Shown here piece by piece: positions 49,905-63,470 of a DNA stretch of 64,000 nucleotides. Position 1 is the stretch's first letter, and every line of letters starts with the position of its first letter. This DNA comes from Lama guanicoe (Eukaryota), in the NCBI GenBank assembly GCA_013239625.1, contig MU053994.1:3703898-3767897 (forward strand), read 5' to 3'. The notes under the pieces were generated by a model that saw only the letters and a program-made list of their open reading frames with translations, had not been told where the DNA came from and did not search any database. The position numbers and the translations under genes are program-made.

Positions 49905-51882
49905 AGTGACTCCAAAACTCTTTGACATCCTTTATTGAGAGATGGGGTCTATGTCTCCTCCCCTTGAATCTGGCGGGCTTCTGACTGCTTCAGTCAGGAT
50001 GGCAAGAGTGAGGCTGTGTGACTTCTGAGGCTCAGTCCTAAAAGGCAATGTAACATTTTCCTTTTTTGCTGGAACACTTGCACTGGAACCCTGATCCACT
50101 ATGTAAGATGCTGGGCTACACTCTGGAGGCCTTACTGTGATGAAGCCCAAGGCACATTCACGGGCCACATGTGTTACGGTTGAGTCTTAGCTGAGCTCCC
50201 TTCCAAACCAGTATCAGCTGTCAGCCATGTGAATGGCCATCTTTTTTCCCCTCATATATATATTTTATTGAAGTACAGTTTACAATATGTCATTTTCTAG
50301 TGTATAGCATAATTCTTCAGTCATACCTAAACACACATATATTCGTTTTCATATTCTTATTCACCATAAGTTACTGCAAGATATTGAATATAGTTCCCTG
50401 TGCTATACATTATGAACTTGTTTATCTATTTTATATATATTAGTATCTCAAAATCTCAAAGTCTCAATTTATCCCTTCCCACCCCTTCCCCCCGGTAACT
50501 ATACATTTGTTTTCTATGTCTGTGAGCCTGTTTCTGTTTTGTAAATAAGTTTGTTTGTCTTTTTTTTTAAGATTCTACATATAAGTGATATCATATGGTA
50601 TTTTTCTTTCTCTTTCTGGCTTACTTCATTTAGAATGACAATCTCCAGGTCCATCCATGTTGCTGCAAATGGCATTATTTTATATTTTTTATGGCTGAGT
50701 CATATTCCATTGTATAAATATACCACAGCTTCGTTATCCAGTCATCTGTTGATGGACATTTAGGTTGTTTCCATGTCTTGGCTATTGTAAATAGTGCTGC
50801 TATGAACATTGGGTGTACAGGTCTTTTTGAATTAAGGTTCCCTCTGGATATATGCTCAGGAGTGGGATTGCTGGATCATATGGTAAGTCTGTTTTTAGTC
50901 TTTTGAGGAATTTCCATACTGTTTTCCATAATGGCTGCACCAAACTGCATTCCCACCAACAGTGTAGGAGGGTTCCCTTTTCTCCACATCCTCTCCACAT
51001 TTATCGTTTATGGACTTTTGAATGATGGCCATTCTGACTGGTGTGAGGTGATACCTTGTTGTAGTCTAGATTTGCATTTCTCTGATAATTAGCGATATTG
51101 AGCATTTTTTCATGTGCCTATTGGCCATTTGTGTGTCTTCATTGGAGAATTACTTGTTTAGGTCTTCTGCCCATCTTTGGATTGGGTACTTTGTTTTTTA
51201 TGCTATTAAGTTGTATGAGCTGTTTATATATTCTGGAAATTAAGTTTTTGTCAGTTTCATCTTTGCAAATATTTTCTCCCATTCCATAGGTTGTCTTTTT
51301 GTTTTGCTAATGATTTCCTTTGCTGTGCAAAAGCTTATAAGTTTAATTAGGTCCCATTTGTTTATTTTTGCTTTTATTTCTATTGCCTGGGTAGACTGCC
51401 CTAAGAGAACATTGCTGAGATGTATGTGAGGTAATGTTTTGCCTATGTTTTCTTCTAAGAGGTTTATAGTGTCTTGTCTTATGTTTAAGTCTTTAAGCCA
51501 TTTTGAGTTTATTTTTGTGTATGGTGTGAGAAAGTGTTCTAACTTCGTTGATTTGCACACAGCTGTCCAGTTTTCCAACACCATTTGCTGAAGAGACTGT
51601 CTTTACTCCATTGTATGTTTTTGTCTCCTTTGTCAAAGATTAATTGACCAAAAGTTTGTGGGTTTATTGTGATTGGTCATCTTGGATGTCCAGCCTTCAG
51701 ATGACTGCAGCTCCAGCTGACATCTGCCTGCAACCACAGACTCCAGATAAGAACTGTGCAGCCAAGCCCTTCCCAAATTCTTGACCCAAATTCCCCTTCT
51801 AGATTCCTGTGGGCCTAATACAATTATTGTTTTATGCCAGTAAGTTTTGGAGTTGTTTATTATACAATCATAGTAACAAAAA
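49905..51882 (+). mobile_element. MLT1 LTR split by an L1
   Basis: MLT1 5' part (GGGTCTATGTCTCCTCCCCTTGAATCTGG) and 3' part (GCCAGTAAGTTTTGGAGTTGTTTATTATACA) lie on either side of the L1. Confidence 0.85.
50244..51667 (-). mobile_element. 5'-truncated younger L1 (ORF2 end plus 3'UTR) with TSD
   Basis: [49 protein letters not shown] 50228-50243 and TGTGATTGGTCATCTT 51668-51683. Confidence 0.95.
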
Positions 51883-54399
51883 TTGTCCCCTCTGGGCTTG
51901 ACACTCCTTCACTGTCTCCCTCCATTCTTCTATCTGTCCATCCAATTCTTCCATCCAGCCAGCATTTTTAAAGGTCTGACTACATGGAACTGGGGCCTCA
52001 AAGAGGAATCCATCTCTGTCCATGGCCTTGCAGAGCTTCCAGAGCATATGGGAAGGAGAAAGCCAGCAGGAGTAAAACCACTCAAACCACAGGAAACATG
52101 GTAAAAGAGTGATGAGAAGGCATAGGCAGCAAGCTATGGAAACTCTGCATGAGGGGTGATTTAATCTGACTGCAGTGTGAGACAGATAAGGTCTTGGCTC
52201 TCATGAGCAGACATCATAATGGAGAAGCCCCCCAATAAAGGAATAAACAACTAAACAAGGAAATACACTGGCAATAGGGCGGCTGGGGTGGAGTGGGTGA
52301 GGTCATAGCATGAGAGGCTACTTATGAGACAGGTAAAGTCCAGGTGAGAGAGGAAGAGGATGGGGACTGGGTGGGAGAGAATGGAGGGAAGGCTGACAGC
52401 AGAGCCAAGCAGCAGTGGGCACTAGACTGGGTTGGCAGTCAACCGAAGTGGATGGCTGGGTTGGCTGGCCCACATCATTTCTGGGCTCTTTCACTCTCTT
52501 ATTTGGAGGGCACTTGGCTGCTACAAGGGGCTATCCTTGGACTCTTCTCACTAACCTCCATATAAAAACTTGCCTTTGGGAAAGATTCTGACAAAGTTAT
52601 TCACGTGAAGGTTCCAGTGACCAATAATAAGATTTAATATGCTATCTTTTTGTGGGGCATCAGTAGTCTAACATTTCAACTGAAAAAATGAAGCTCTTAA
52701 AGATCAGAATGTCTGGAATTGACAACAGGAGGGTTGTTTATGGCTCAAGTCAGCCTGAGTCAAAACGAGGTGAATGCAACAGAGCTACATGAGGGACCAT
52801 CCAAGATCCCTTCCTTTTTCTTCTCTGGATTTCTCTGTGTCTTCTGCCAGCTTCTCTCTGTGGTTCTGCAGCATTCTTCTCTCAGGTTGAATGGCTTTTT
52901 CTGCATCTCTGAGCACATGAGTCAAACATGGCAGTACCAAATGATGTCCCCACCCCTAAATCTATCACCTTACATGTACATTACCTACTACTGAATCAGC
53001 TGAGTCTCACTTCCAGTTTTCGGCCAAGTGACCATAACCCAGCTTGGATCTAAGTCCACTGAGCTATGGGCAGAGTTGGCCAATCAGGAGAAGTTTGCTT
53101 GGGCAGGTCCAGCAGTGGAGGAGACAGTGGTCGTCTCTGTTGCACTAGAGGTGAGCTTTGGGGTGGAGGCACTGCAGGATGCAGATTCTGTGTGTTGTCT
53201 GATTACTATAAGGTGGAATTTGTCTTCAGTAACCATTCTGGAGGCTATTAGCAGCCATTGCTAGGAACATCCTCCCCTTAGCTACAAAAGGAGATGGAAA
53301 AGATCAGTTACAGCTGGTGGTTTGTTTTTATTTTTTTTAACTCTCAGGTGACTGGAGTTGTCTGTTAATTAGCCTCTGAGAAAGTCCTCCTTCAGTTTAT
53401 TTCCTGTGATGGACCAGTCAGTGGGCATTTAAGCCTAGACATGGTGGCACCTCCACTGCAATTTTGCTCACCCTGTTTTCCCAGAAGTTAAGGTAGATAC
53501 ACCCCCTGTTGACTCAGTTGCTACAATAAAGAAACGAGCCAGATGCTTCTGAGAAAATCTTGCCCACTCAAACCTCAGGGAGGGGCAGGGCACTAGGCTG
53601 CATTGAGCTCCTATTGTGTGACAGGAACATTTCCTCCAGCCTCCTCCATTGATCTCATAGCAACGATGTGACGCTCAGCAGTGAGAAGTCCCATGTGGTG
53701 GGTGGGTTTGTAACTGCACAGCTTCTTATTTAGATATTACCTTTTTTATCTGTACATGGAATCATCATAGTTCTCCTTGTTTCTTGGAGCGTGAAGTGAA
53801 GGCATAGGGCTGTTAGATCCCTTTTTTCTTGAAGCAACACAACTGTGTTAGAAAAGAACCCACCCCTAGAATCCTTTGGTGCTTCTAAGCAGGGATGGTG
53901 TCTATGTATGGGGGATTTGCTATGGGGGGGTATTCTTTTGTGAAGGATAGGGGGGCACAAGAAGAGAAACCTTAATGTCCTTTGATCTTAAGTTTTTTCT
54001 TTTAATGAGCTTTAACATTTAGCATCTTGCCTCTGGAATGAAAGAATTCCTTTAATTGGCTTCAAATAGCATATTAAATAGTACGTGTTCTCAGGTTGAT
54101 TAAACGTTGTTTAGTTGCTGCCATGAAATTCCTGGTCACTTTAGAATTCTCCAGGATTAATCCCTAGTTTCTAAAACTGGGGAGCCTGCTGGGAGGAAGG
54201 TGAACAGGAAATAAGGATGTTGGTATTTGACACCAAAGCTGTAAGTGGCTGAACATTCTGTAGACATGATAGATTGCTGAAATGTATTGACCACATCAAT
54301 GACACAAGACACTGTAGTTGGTTTTCACAATGATCCTAAAATGTAAGCAGTGTTATTCCAGCTTTGGAAAGAAGGGAAGTCTAGGTCCAGAAGTTAAGT

Positions 54400-54655
54400 A
54401 ACTTGCTCTGGAGAAACGTAAGGGTGCAGAGTTTAAGGGACGTGGATTCAAATCCCTGCTTTGGCTTCTTAGGGGTGCAATCATAGCCTCAGGTTTCTCA
54501 TCTGTAAAATAGTGATGATCGAAGTCACCTATTTCATAGGGTTTGGGTGAGGAGGAAATAAGATCCTGTATGTTTAGCAAGGAGCTCCATAATGCCAGGC
54601 AGCTCACAAGTGGCAGGCCTGGGACTTGAACCCAGGGCTGTCGGATTCACAGCTA
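54400..54655. mobile_element. MIR fragments
   Basis: GCCTCAGGTTTCTCATCTGTAAAATAG; GGGACTTGAACCCAGG. Confidence 0.75.
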
Positions 54656-54934
54656 GTAATATTGCATACTGCCTTCCATGGGGGACATTTTTATTCCAAA
54701 ATGAAAATAGACTGGGGTCGAGGAAAAAGTTTGGGATTCATCGCCTCAGTTTGATTGATGGTGACTGTCCCTTCCCCTGATACATCCACACATATTTATT
54801 TGAGAACATGTGTGATTTAAGGTGAATTCTATTAGGATAGGGCAAGAGAAATCACACTATGATGTAGAATGTATACTTATTGACAGATGTTAGTTCTGCT
54901 AGGCGATCCTTTTGTTCTTATTGTTTTCCTTCAT

Positions 54935-55345
54935 AAACCAACCTCATTGAAGTATAATTTACATATATAGTAAAATGCACCCATTTTAAGTTTGATGAGT
55001 TTTGACAAATGTATACATCTGTGAAACCACCACGATAATCAAGTTATGAAGCATTCTCATCATCTCAGAAAGTTCTCTCGTGCTTCTTGGCAGCCAATTC
55101 CCGTACTCCCAGCCCTAGGTAATCACCGATCTGCTTTCTGTCACTGTAGAATCTGCCTGTCCTGGAATTTCATATAAATGAAATCACAGTTTGTACCCTC
55201 TTGTTTCTGGTTTCCTTTACTTAGCATAGTGTCTGAGATTGACCCATGTTGGTTTGTGTATCTATAGTTTATCCCTTTTTCTTGCTGTGTAGTGTGTCCA
55301 TGTACGGATATGTACTCATGTTTATCCATTCATGTTGATGGGCAA
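54935..55345 (-). mobile_element. Old L1M 3'UTR fragment
   Basis: ATTGAAGTATAATTTACATA..TAAAATGCACCCATTTTAAG..GATGAGTTTTGACAAATG. Confidence 0.85.
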
Positions 55346-55624
55346 TTATTCAGCAAAGATTAGGGCCAGGCAGAACCACTTTAGACCTGGGCAACTGGGA
55401 CCGCTCCCTCGACCCTGGGCTTTAGAAGACCTCCCCATGGCCCTCCTCCAGACGCGTCCTTCTTCATGAGGTGGAATGGCTGTGGGGACACAGGTTGTGA
55501 CCACTCAGAGGTCTTTCCTAGGTGCCTAGAACCAGACAATCCCCTGCCCAAAAGGCCCTGAGTCTGCTGTCAGCACCTGCAGGGACTTTTCCCCTGGATC
55601 AGTCCTCCTGTGGATGGACAGCTG

Positions 55625-55958
55625 CCTTAGACTAAATTGTTGATGTCCCTCCAAAATTCATTTTTTGAAACTTAATCCTCGATGTATTTGGAGGTGAAGC
55701 CTTTGGAAGGTGGTTATGTCATGAGGACAGAGCCCTCATGGATGAGATTAGTGCCCTTATAAAAGAGGCTCAGAGTACCCCTGCCCCGTCTGTCTTGTGA
55801 GGACAAGTAAAAAGATGGCTGTCTGTGAACCAGACAGCAGGTCACCAGCACCTGATCTGGACCTCCCAATCTCCAGAGCTGAGAAGAAGAAACATTCGTT
55901 GTTTATAAGCCACCCAGTCTGTAGTAGTCTGTTATAGCCACCCGGATGGGCTCAGACA
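55625..55958 (+). mobile_element. MaLR solo LTR (MLT1A/MST-like)
   Basis: GTCCCTCCAAAATTCAT..GAAACTTAATCC...GTGCCCTTATAAAAGAGG...TAAGCCACCCAGTCTGTAGTAGTCTGTTATAGC. Confidence 0.88.
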
Positions 55959-56269
55959 ACATGCTATGCTCCCAAACCTGAGGGTTCAGTCTGCGAGGGG
56001 AGAAGGGAGCACGAGGGCTGGGGACTGTGGGGAGAGTGCCTGACCCTTGGAAGTGCTGGCTGGGCTGCCCGTACTCATGCACGTAAGACTCTTCATGGGG
56101 AGAGAAGAGGGGGCCAGCTGCAGGCTGAGGACTTTTATTTGTATTCTTTCCCCAGCCCACAAATGATAGGAGTGGGTGTGTGGCCGTAAGAGCAGGAACA
56201 GATGGGAGGAAGAGATTCTCATGAAGAAATAAAAATCAGGAAGAGACAGAAAACCAATTTTAGAGGTCA

Positions 56270-56450
56270 CTGAACAGAGGGCTTTAGAATGGGAAGTGAC
56301 TTTAGATTTCATGTTCTCTCATTCTATAATTTCACAGATGAGAAAACTGAGGCCCAGAGAGGTTAAGTTACTTCTCTGAGGTCACACAGCAAGAGGTCAC
56401 ACAGAGCCAAGATAAGACATGAGATTTTCTAATTCCTTGATCAGAGCTCT
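56270..56450 (-). mobile_element. MIR SINE
   Basis: TTTCACAGATGAGAAAACTGAGGCCCAGAGAGGTTAAGTTACTT. Confidence 0.85.
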
Positions 56451-56865
56451 TTTAATCTGTAGAAGAGTAGTAGTTTTCAAACTCTTTTGTTTGCATATCC
56501 CCTAAATTATTTTTATTAAACTCATGAACCTCCTTCACATATTTTGAAGTTCACTTTTTAAAAATTTTAAATCATAAACTTAAATACTTGCAGAGGATTT
56601 AATTCCCAGGATATTGCAAATACTGTCAATTTAAAATAAGACACTTATATCACTTTTGAATATGGAGTCTAAATATCATAGCCCATTGTTACCCATTAAC
56701 ATCCATATACAAAATACATGAACAAGCTCTTCCTTAATAGATAGAAATTTTGTATTATTCCTTTTTCTCTTTGAACTTGATTTTTTTTTCTGTTCTCCCC
56801 AAGAAGTTGTCCTGATATGTTTTATGCTTGAAAGATTTTTATTTATCACTCTATACAATGTCCTG

Positions 56866-56916
56866 CACACACACACACACACACACACATGTACGTACAA
56901 ACACACACACACACAT
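56866..56916. repeat. Interrupted (CA)n microsatellite (another at about 37520-37552)
   Basis: cacacacacacacacacacacacat...acacacacacacac. Confidence 0.95.
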
Positions 56917-56934
56917 ATATAGCCATTTTCTGTG

Positions 56935-59405
56935 TCCTCTCATTCACTTATTAAACAGATATTTATTGAATGCTTATTATGTGCAAAACATTGTCCTAGG
57001 TGCTGCTCTAATAAACAAAATTGACAAAAATCCCCACCCTCATGGAACTTACTTTATGGTGAGGGAGACATTCCATATAACAGAGTAAATAAGTAAAATA
57101 TATGTAATTTTAGATATTGTAAAGTGCTAAGAAGAGAAACAAAGCAAGAAAAGGAGATATATCATGTCAGATGGGAGGTGGTCTTCACATTTTTGAGAGG
57201 GTGGCCTTCCTGAAAGGTGACTTTTGCAAAAGATCTGAAGGAAATTGGGGACCCAGGTACGTGAATCTGAGGGGAAGAATGTACTAGATAGAATGAATAG
57301 CTGGTGCAGACCCCTGGTGAGACTGGCCTATGCCTGTCCTGTTTGGAGAAGGGCAAGAGGGCCAGCATGGCTGGAGCAGATGGAGAGGGGAACCCCTGGA
57401 GGTGAGCTCCGAGGTCATCGGTAGTAAGATGATGTAGGACCTTATAGGATATTTTGAGGAGTTTTAGCTTTGACTAATTATGGAGGGTTTTGAGCAAAGA
57501 AATTACATCATATGCTCAAAGCTTTCACAAGATCTTTCTGGCTGCTGTGTTGGAAGCACCGCAAGGGGATATGGGCTGAAGCAGGAGAGCGGATAGGCCA
57601 GGTGCTGGATAGCTTTCATTTGCTCTTCAAATCTACTCCCCACCTTTCTCCAGCCTTTGTGCCCAGGGAGGCTGACCTCTCGGGATTACAGCAGTGGGCT
57701 GATGGCTCTCTGGCTTTCAGTGGGTTCAGCTCATGGGGACCAGCAGGAGACAAGAGGGAGAGAGAGGAATGAGATCCGGGTATGTATTCCATTTAGTCCT
57801 CTGATTCTGACTATGTCAAGTCACTGTGAGTTGGCTTTGTCCCTCTACCGAGGCCCATAACTCCTGTCAGGTAGTGTGTTCCCTTTATGGCTGCCCTTTT
57901 GAGCTTCTGGTACCTGCTGTCTTCCATGGCTCCTTTAGGCCTAGAGACGTACATGGAATCCCCCTCACTTGAGTCCCTGGTGTTCATTATCCCTTAACCC
58001 TGGTTACACCTTTGCAAACACAGTCCCTTAATTCAGCTCTCTTCAGTTACCCCTTTAGTGGGCCATCTATTTCCTGTTGGGGCTCTGGCTCTTTCAGTTA
58101 TTTATTGCTGTGTGAAAAAATCACCCCTAAACTTAATGGCTTAAAACAACCCCAATCATTGATTTGCTTATGATTTTATAATTTAGGCAAGGCTTGGCAG
58201 GGGTAGCTCATCTTCACCCCATGTGGCATCGGCTAAAGTAGTTGGGGCTGGAGGATTCACTTCGAAGATGGCTTACTCATGTGGCTGGCAAGTTGGTACT
58301 AGCTGTTGTGTAGAAGCTCAGCTGGGGCTGTCGGCCTGGGGCTTTGATTCTCCACCAAGTGGGCTGTTAGGGCTTCCACACAGCATGGAGGCTAGGTTCC
58401 AAGAGGCAGGAAGCAGAAGCTGCCAGTCCTTTTAAAGCCTAGATCCAGAACTGGCACAGCATCACTTCTTCTATAAGCGATTGGCTAAAGCCTTCAGAGG
58501 CTAAGGCCAGATTCAAAGGGGTAGGAGGGCAACAATGAATTTATGACCATCTCTAATGCACCATGCTGCCAGAGACAGGAGGCCATTGCCATAATCTGGG
58601 TGAGAGATGATAATGGCTTGAACTAGAGTGATGGCGAGAAGCAGTTGGATCCTGGTTATAGTTTGAAGAGAGTTGACAGTTTGCTGGTTGAATGTGAGGT
58701 GTGAGAGAAACAGAGGAGTTGTGTTCATCTGTGTCTTTTGAGAAGCAGATGCCCAGGTAGAATTAAACATGTAAGCTTTTTATTAGTATTATTTTCTGTG
58801 TGACAGAAAATAGGAAAGGAACCAGGGAAACCTAGGGGAGCCATTGCACCATGATGGAAGTCTGACTCTGGATGAAGGGGAGAGGGAGAGGATGTTGGGT
58901 GAAAGAGTCCAAGGCGACCATGCAGTCTAAGGAGGGTTTGGCAAAGCCATTGGAGAGTTTTTGAGCCAAAGTTGGCCAACGAAGGAGTCCTATATCTCCC
59001 AGGAATCGGTCTGCCTTAGTATCCCTGCCAAAGTCAGTTATTGGTGGGGAGCACTCCATGGAAGAGATGGGCTCCATGCAAATGCAATGATGGATTTCAG
59101 TTACAGCATCTGGGGCTCTCAGTCAGGTTACACTCACTACATGGAAGGTCTGTGAGGCACAGACTCATGGCTTCTGCAGGGGTCAAAGACTACTCTGAAG
59201 TTTTTGACTTGAGCAGCTAAAAGGATGAGAGTGGCTTCACTGCACTGTGGAAGCCTATACAAAGAGCTGGTTTGGGGAGGAATATCAGAAGTATGATTTT
59301 AGACATATTTAAGATACCTATTACACATCCCAGTTAAAGTATTAAATAGGCAAGTAAATAAATGTGCCTAGATTTTGGGGGAGATGTTCATGTTGTAGAT
59401 AATAC
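56935..59405 (-). mobile_element. L2 3' region interrupted by ERVL/MaLR LTRs (about 57600-58075, 58090-58560, 58730-59180)
   Basis: The L2 terminus TCATTCACTTATTAAACAGATATTTATTGAATGCTTATTATGTGC and later L2 motifs resume between the LTR blocks. Confidence 0.75.
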
Positions 59406-59968
59406 ATTAGAAACAGTAGGACTAAGTAAGTGTTTAAAATAATCTCTTCTCAGTGAAGTTATTACTATATTATTGGCACCAAATTGATCAAGACAACGTA
59501 AATAAATACCAAATGTTGATAAGTAAAATGTAAATTATTAAGCATAAAAGTAAAATTTTATTGTAAATACATATCTTTATAAGATATATCTGTCAATGAG
59601 TATTACATATTGTTAGAAAGAAACAGAGTTCAACATCAAATGTACTCCCATTTTTCATACTTACAGATTTAAGTGTCCAGAAATCTTGTTCACCTAAATA
59701 TGCAGATCAGAGTGGAATTTTATTAAAGTAACATTGCATGGTTCTTTAAACTCCTTCTGCATCACACACTGAAGATCCTGTAGTAAACTATTATCAAAAA
59801 TTATTTTTAATTATCAGCTGACAACTCCAGTAGGTCTTCCTGCCGTTTTGGTGAAAGCAGAGAATTAGACACCACTTGATTGCAACAAGATTTGTTGACT
59901 TGTTCCTGAATGATTAGAGTTACTTGCTTCGTCAACACCAGCCCCAAATATAAATTGTCCCTCTGTTT

Positions 59969-60834
59969 TTTCTCATTTCTGGTATCTGCCCCTGGTGGAT
60001 GAGGCTGGACTAGAGGCTTATGCAGGTTTCCTGGCAGGAGGAGCCTGTGCCTGCCCACTGCTGGATGAAGCTTGATCCTGGACCTCTGGTGGGTAGGGCT
60101 GTGTCTAGAGGCCTTTGTGGCTTAAGAAGTCTGCTGATGGGTGGGGCTGTGTTCCCACCCAGTATGTTGTTTGGCCTGAGGCTTCCCTACAGGCTGTTGG
60201 GTGGGGCTCGGTCTTGGTGCTGATGATCCAATCAAGATCTCAGCCTCCAGGAAAGCTCATGTAGACTAACACTCCTGGAATGTCTTCCACCAGCTTTTAT
60301 GTCCCCCATGTCCCCAGGAGATCCTCCAAATCCAGCAGGCATGTCTAGCCTAGGTTCTATGAAATCACTGCCTCTGCCCTTGGAGCTGGCGCACGCGAGT
60401 TTCCGTGTACGCTTCCTAAGCGAATGGAGTCTCCGTTTCCCCCAGTCCTGTGGGGCTCCTGGAGCCAAGCTTCATTGGCCTTCACATCCAGATGTCCTGG
60501 GGTCTCCTCTTTCTGATGTCAGAACCCAGGCTGGGGAGCCTGACATGGAGCTCAGAGCTCTCACTCCCTCGGGAGAGCCTCTGTGACTTAACTATTCTTC
60601 AGCTTATGGATTGCCCACCCCAGGGGGTATGAAGCCCAATTATATTTCAAGCAGACCCCTTCTACTGTTCTGCTGTGGTTCCCTCTTTATGTTTCCAGTT
60701 GCAGAAGATCTTTTTTGCTAGGTTCCAGTGTTTTTTTTCGATGATTGTTTAGCATCCAGTTGTGGTTTTGTTGTAGTCGCAAGGAGAGGTGAGCTCATGG
60801 TACTACCGCTTCACCATCTTGACCAGAAAATTCA
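59969..60834 (-). mobile_element. L1 5'UTR-only insertion with a perfect 17-bp TSD
   Basis: 5' end GGTCAAGATGGTGAAGCGGTAG; ends CCACCAGGGGCAGATACCAGAAATGAGAAAAAA. TSD AAATTGTCCCTCTGTTT at 59952-59968 and 60835-60851. Confidence 0.9.
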
Positions 60835-61724
60835 AAATTGTCCCTCTGTTTGATGCCTGTGACATTTTTACTGCCTGGGGCAGTGTGCTGTAGAAAATTC
60901 TGGAGAGATGAGAGGTACGCCTTTTTTCAGCAGAGTATAAAATGGAGGTAGGAAGGATGGGCCTGTATTTCTATCACAGGTATGTCCATAGACAGGTTTT
61001 AGGAAAGACTGTCGACAACTGAGTTCCTTGAAACCCTTTTGCATGCATGATGGAAAGTGTTCTCATATTTCAGTTTGCACTGAATGAAGTAGAGTGATTG
61101 CAAAGGTCCTCAGACAAGGTGCTGGGGGGTTATTTAGAAGGTGGTTGGAGCAGACCTCTAAGGCGTTTCAATATGGGGATATGTTAAGGAGCTGATCTGT
61201 GAGGCCCTGAGTTGGTTCAGGGCGAGGCCTGTCCCTCAGCCTGGAGGAAGGTGATTCTTATTTCCTGGTGTCTCAGGCCGTGTTGAAGAATAAAGGCCCA
61301 GGAGTAGGCTTGGGCCAGAGTAAAATGGAAGGATTGGAGAAAACAAACTGATCTTGATGCTAAGGGGGTGGCCTGATATGGAAGGTGGGGGGAGGGTCGC
61401 TTTTAAGAACCTGAGAGTCAGGCCACTTCAAGCCAGTTTTAAATCTAAGGCTGGGTGTAAATCTAAGGATGTTAAGGGGTTAAATCTAAGGATGGGGGAT
61501 GAACTTGGAATCAGAATCAACCTGAAGGATTGTGTAAGGAGAAAGGATAGTTAAGATGGGAGGTGGAGAAATTACTTAATCTCAAGACCTCTGCCTCCTT
61601 AGGAGATCCCTTCCCATTCCCTGGGCACCATGAAGTCTCCCCACAGTGAAGGTGGGTGGGCAGCCTGCTATGGGGCCAATCCAACCCATTCTCCATTTCT
61701 TAGAGTTGTGGAGAGATCCTTGCA

Positions 61725-62350
61725 TTCAAATCAGAAGGCCAAGGTTAGACCTGCATCTGTCCCACACTGGTTGTCTGACCTTTGGAAAACTCCATTCTGA
61801 GCCTCAAGTTCCTTATCTGTAAAATGGGAACAAAAATATTTACTTTTGCTGCTTTTTAAAAAAATAATTGTAATGGCTGTTTTATTATTTTACTGCTGTT
61901 TAATGTTTAAAAAATCAAAACTGCATATTTGTGAATGTGCTTTATAAATTATAAAATACTGTATAACTAGAGGCATAAGCAATTCAATTCAGTATTAGTG
62001 AATAGCCCTGATGTGCCAGGCACTATGAAAAGGGGTGAATCAGACACAGGGGGCCTTGTGAGGGCAGAAACTGCCTAGGGCGAGAGCCAGGCATTGATAA
62101 AACTCATAATAAGGAAGAATAAAAGAGAGGTGCTGGCTGCACTGGCAAAGTGATCTGGAGCCGCAGGGGAAAGTGGTAATGAAGTCCAACTCCAAGGATC
62201 TGGGAAGGTGTTCATGGAGAAGGAGGGGTTTGCCTTGGGCCTTGAAGGCTGAGTGGGAATTCTCTAGGCAGAGAAATGGGACGAAGGCATTTCAGGCTGA
62301 GGCACCTGAAAGGTGCTGATATGGAGACGTGGAAGGACCTGGAATGTGCA
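61725..62350. mobile_element. MIR (plus) followed by L2 (minus) fragments
   Basis: CTGAGCCTCAAGTTCCTTATCTGTAAAATGGG; GATGTGCCAGGCACTATG; GGGCCTTGAAGGCTGAGTGGGAATT. Confidence 0.75.
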
Positions 62351-63164
62351 GAGGACTGTGGACACCTAGATCAATTTAGGCTAGATATTTTTTTCTATTT
62401 GAAATATTACTGCCATGAGCAATCATACACATCTGTTCTTATGAATTTCTCCAATTATTTTCTGAATATAAATATTGAATATGAGGTCAGTGAATCAAAA
62501 GGTCCTTTTTAGGCTTCTGAATTTATACTGTATTACCCTCCAAAAAGGTTGTGCTGCTGCCTCTCGCACGACAGTGCTGGCTTTACTGCATCCTTCCCCT
62601 GAATCTACAATGACTTTTTATGCCAACATAACAAGATAACAATTTCTGACGATGGCATTTTATCCATGATCAGTAATTTGAGCCCAAGCCTTCTTTTCAC
62701 TCTTGCTCCCATCTCACAGGCAGTATGTGCAGTGGTTTGGGCCACTGCTCTGGAAGAGATGGTTTAGGATTGAATCCTGGATCTTCTACTTCATAGAAGG
62801 GCTGACCATTCCTGCAGAGGTGACTGAGCTTCTCCATTCCTCGGTTTCCTTATCGCCGGAGGGAGTGGCCCTAGGAAAAATTTTAGGGTGACTCATTTTT
62901 GGTTTTCAAATCTTTCTGTGGTGATTATCCCATTAGGTCTGTTATTTAAAGAAAATCTTATAAAATGTGAATGGTTTGACATGATCAGTCTCTTTGGGAG
63001 GTCAGTGTCTACTGGCTGCCATTAGAACAATGACTCTGAGAAGGCAAGGGTGGAAGGCTGGAAAAGTAGCCTGGATGGAGGTACTCAAGGGTGGGAAGTC
63101 CAGATGGGAAGGGCTGAGATGCTGGTGGTGACAGTGAGAAGGGAGGGAGTCAAGTGTAAGAGAG

Positions 63165-63470
63165 AACTGTGGGTGAAGGTGATCAAGAGGTACAAACTTC
63201 CAGTTATAAGATGAATAAATTCTGGGCATGTCACATACAGCATGGTGATGAGAGTTAACAACACTGTACTGGATGTTTACAACTTTCTAAGAGTAGATTT
63301 TAAAAGTTCTTATCACAAGAAAAAAATTTGTAACTATGTGAGTTGATGGATGTTAATTAAACCTACTGTGGCAATCATTTCACAGTGTATACATGTATCA
63401 AATCATGATGTTGAACACCTTAAACTAATACAATTAGATGTCAATTATATCTCAATAAAACTGAAAAAAT
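63165..63470 (+). mobile_element. L1MA-like 3' end
   Basis: GGTACAAACTTCCAGTTATAAGATGAATAA...TATATCTCAATAAAACTGAAAAAA. Confidence 0.88.
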
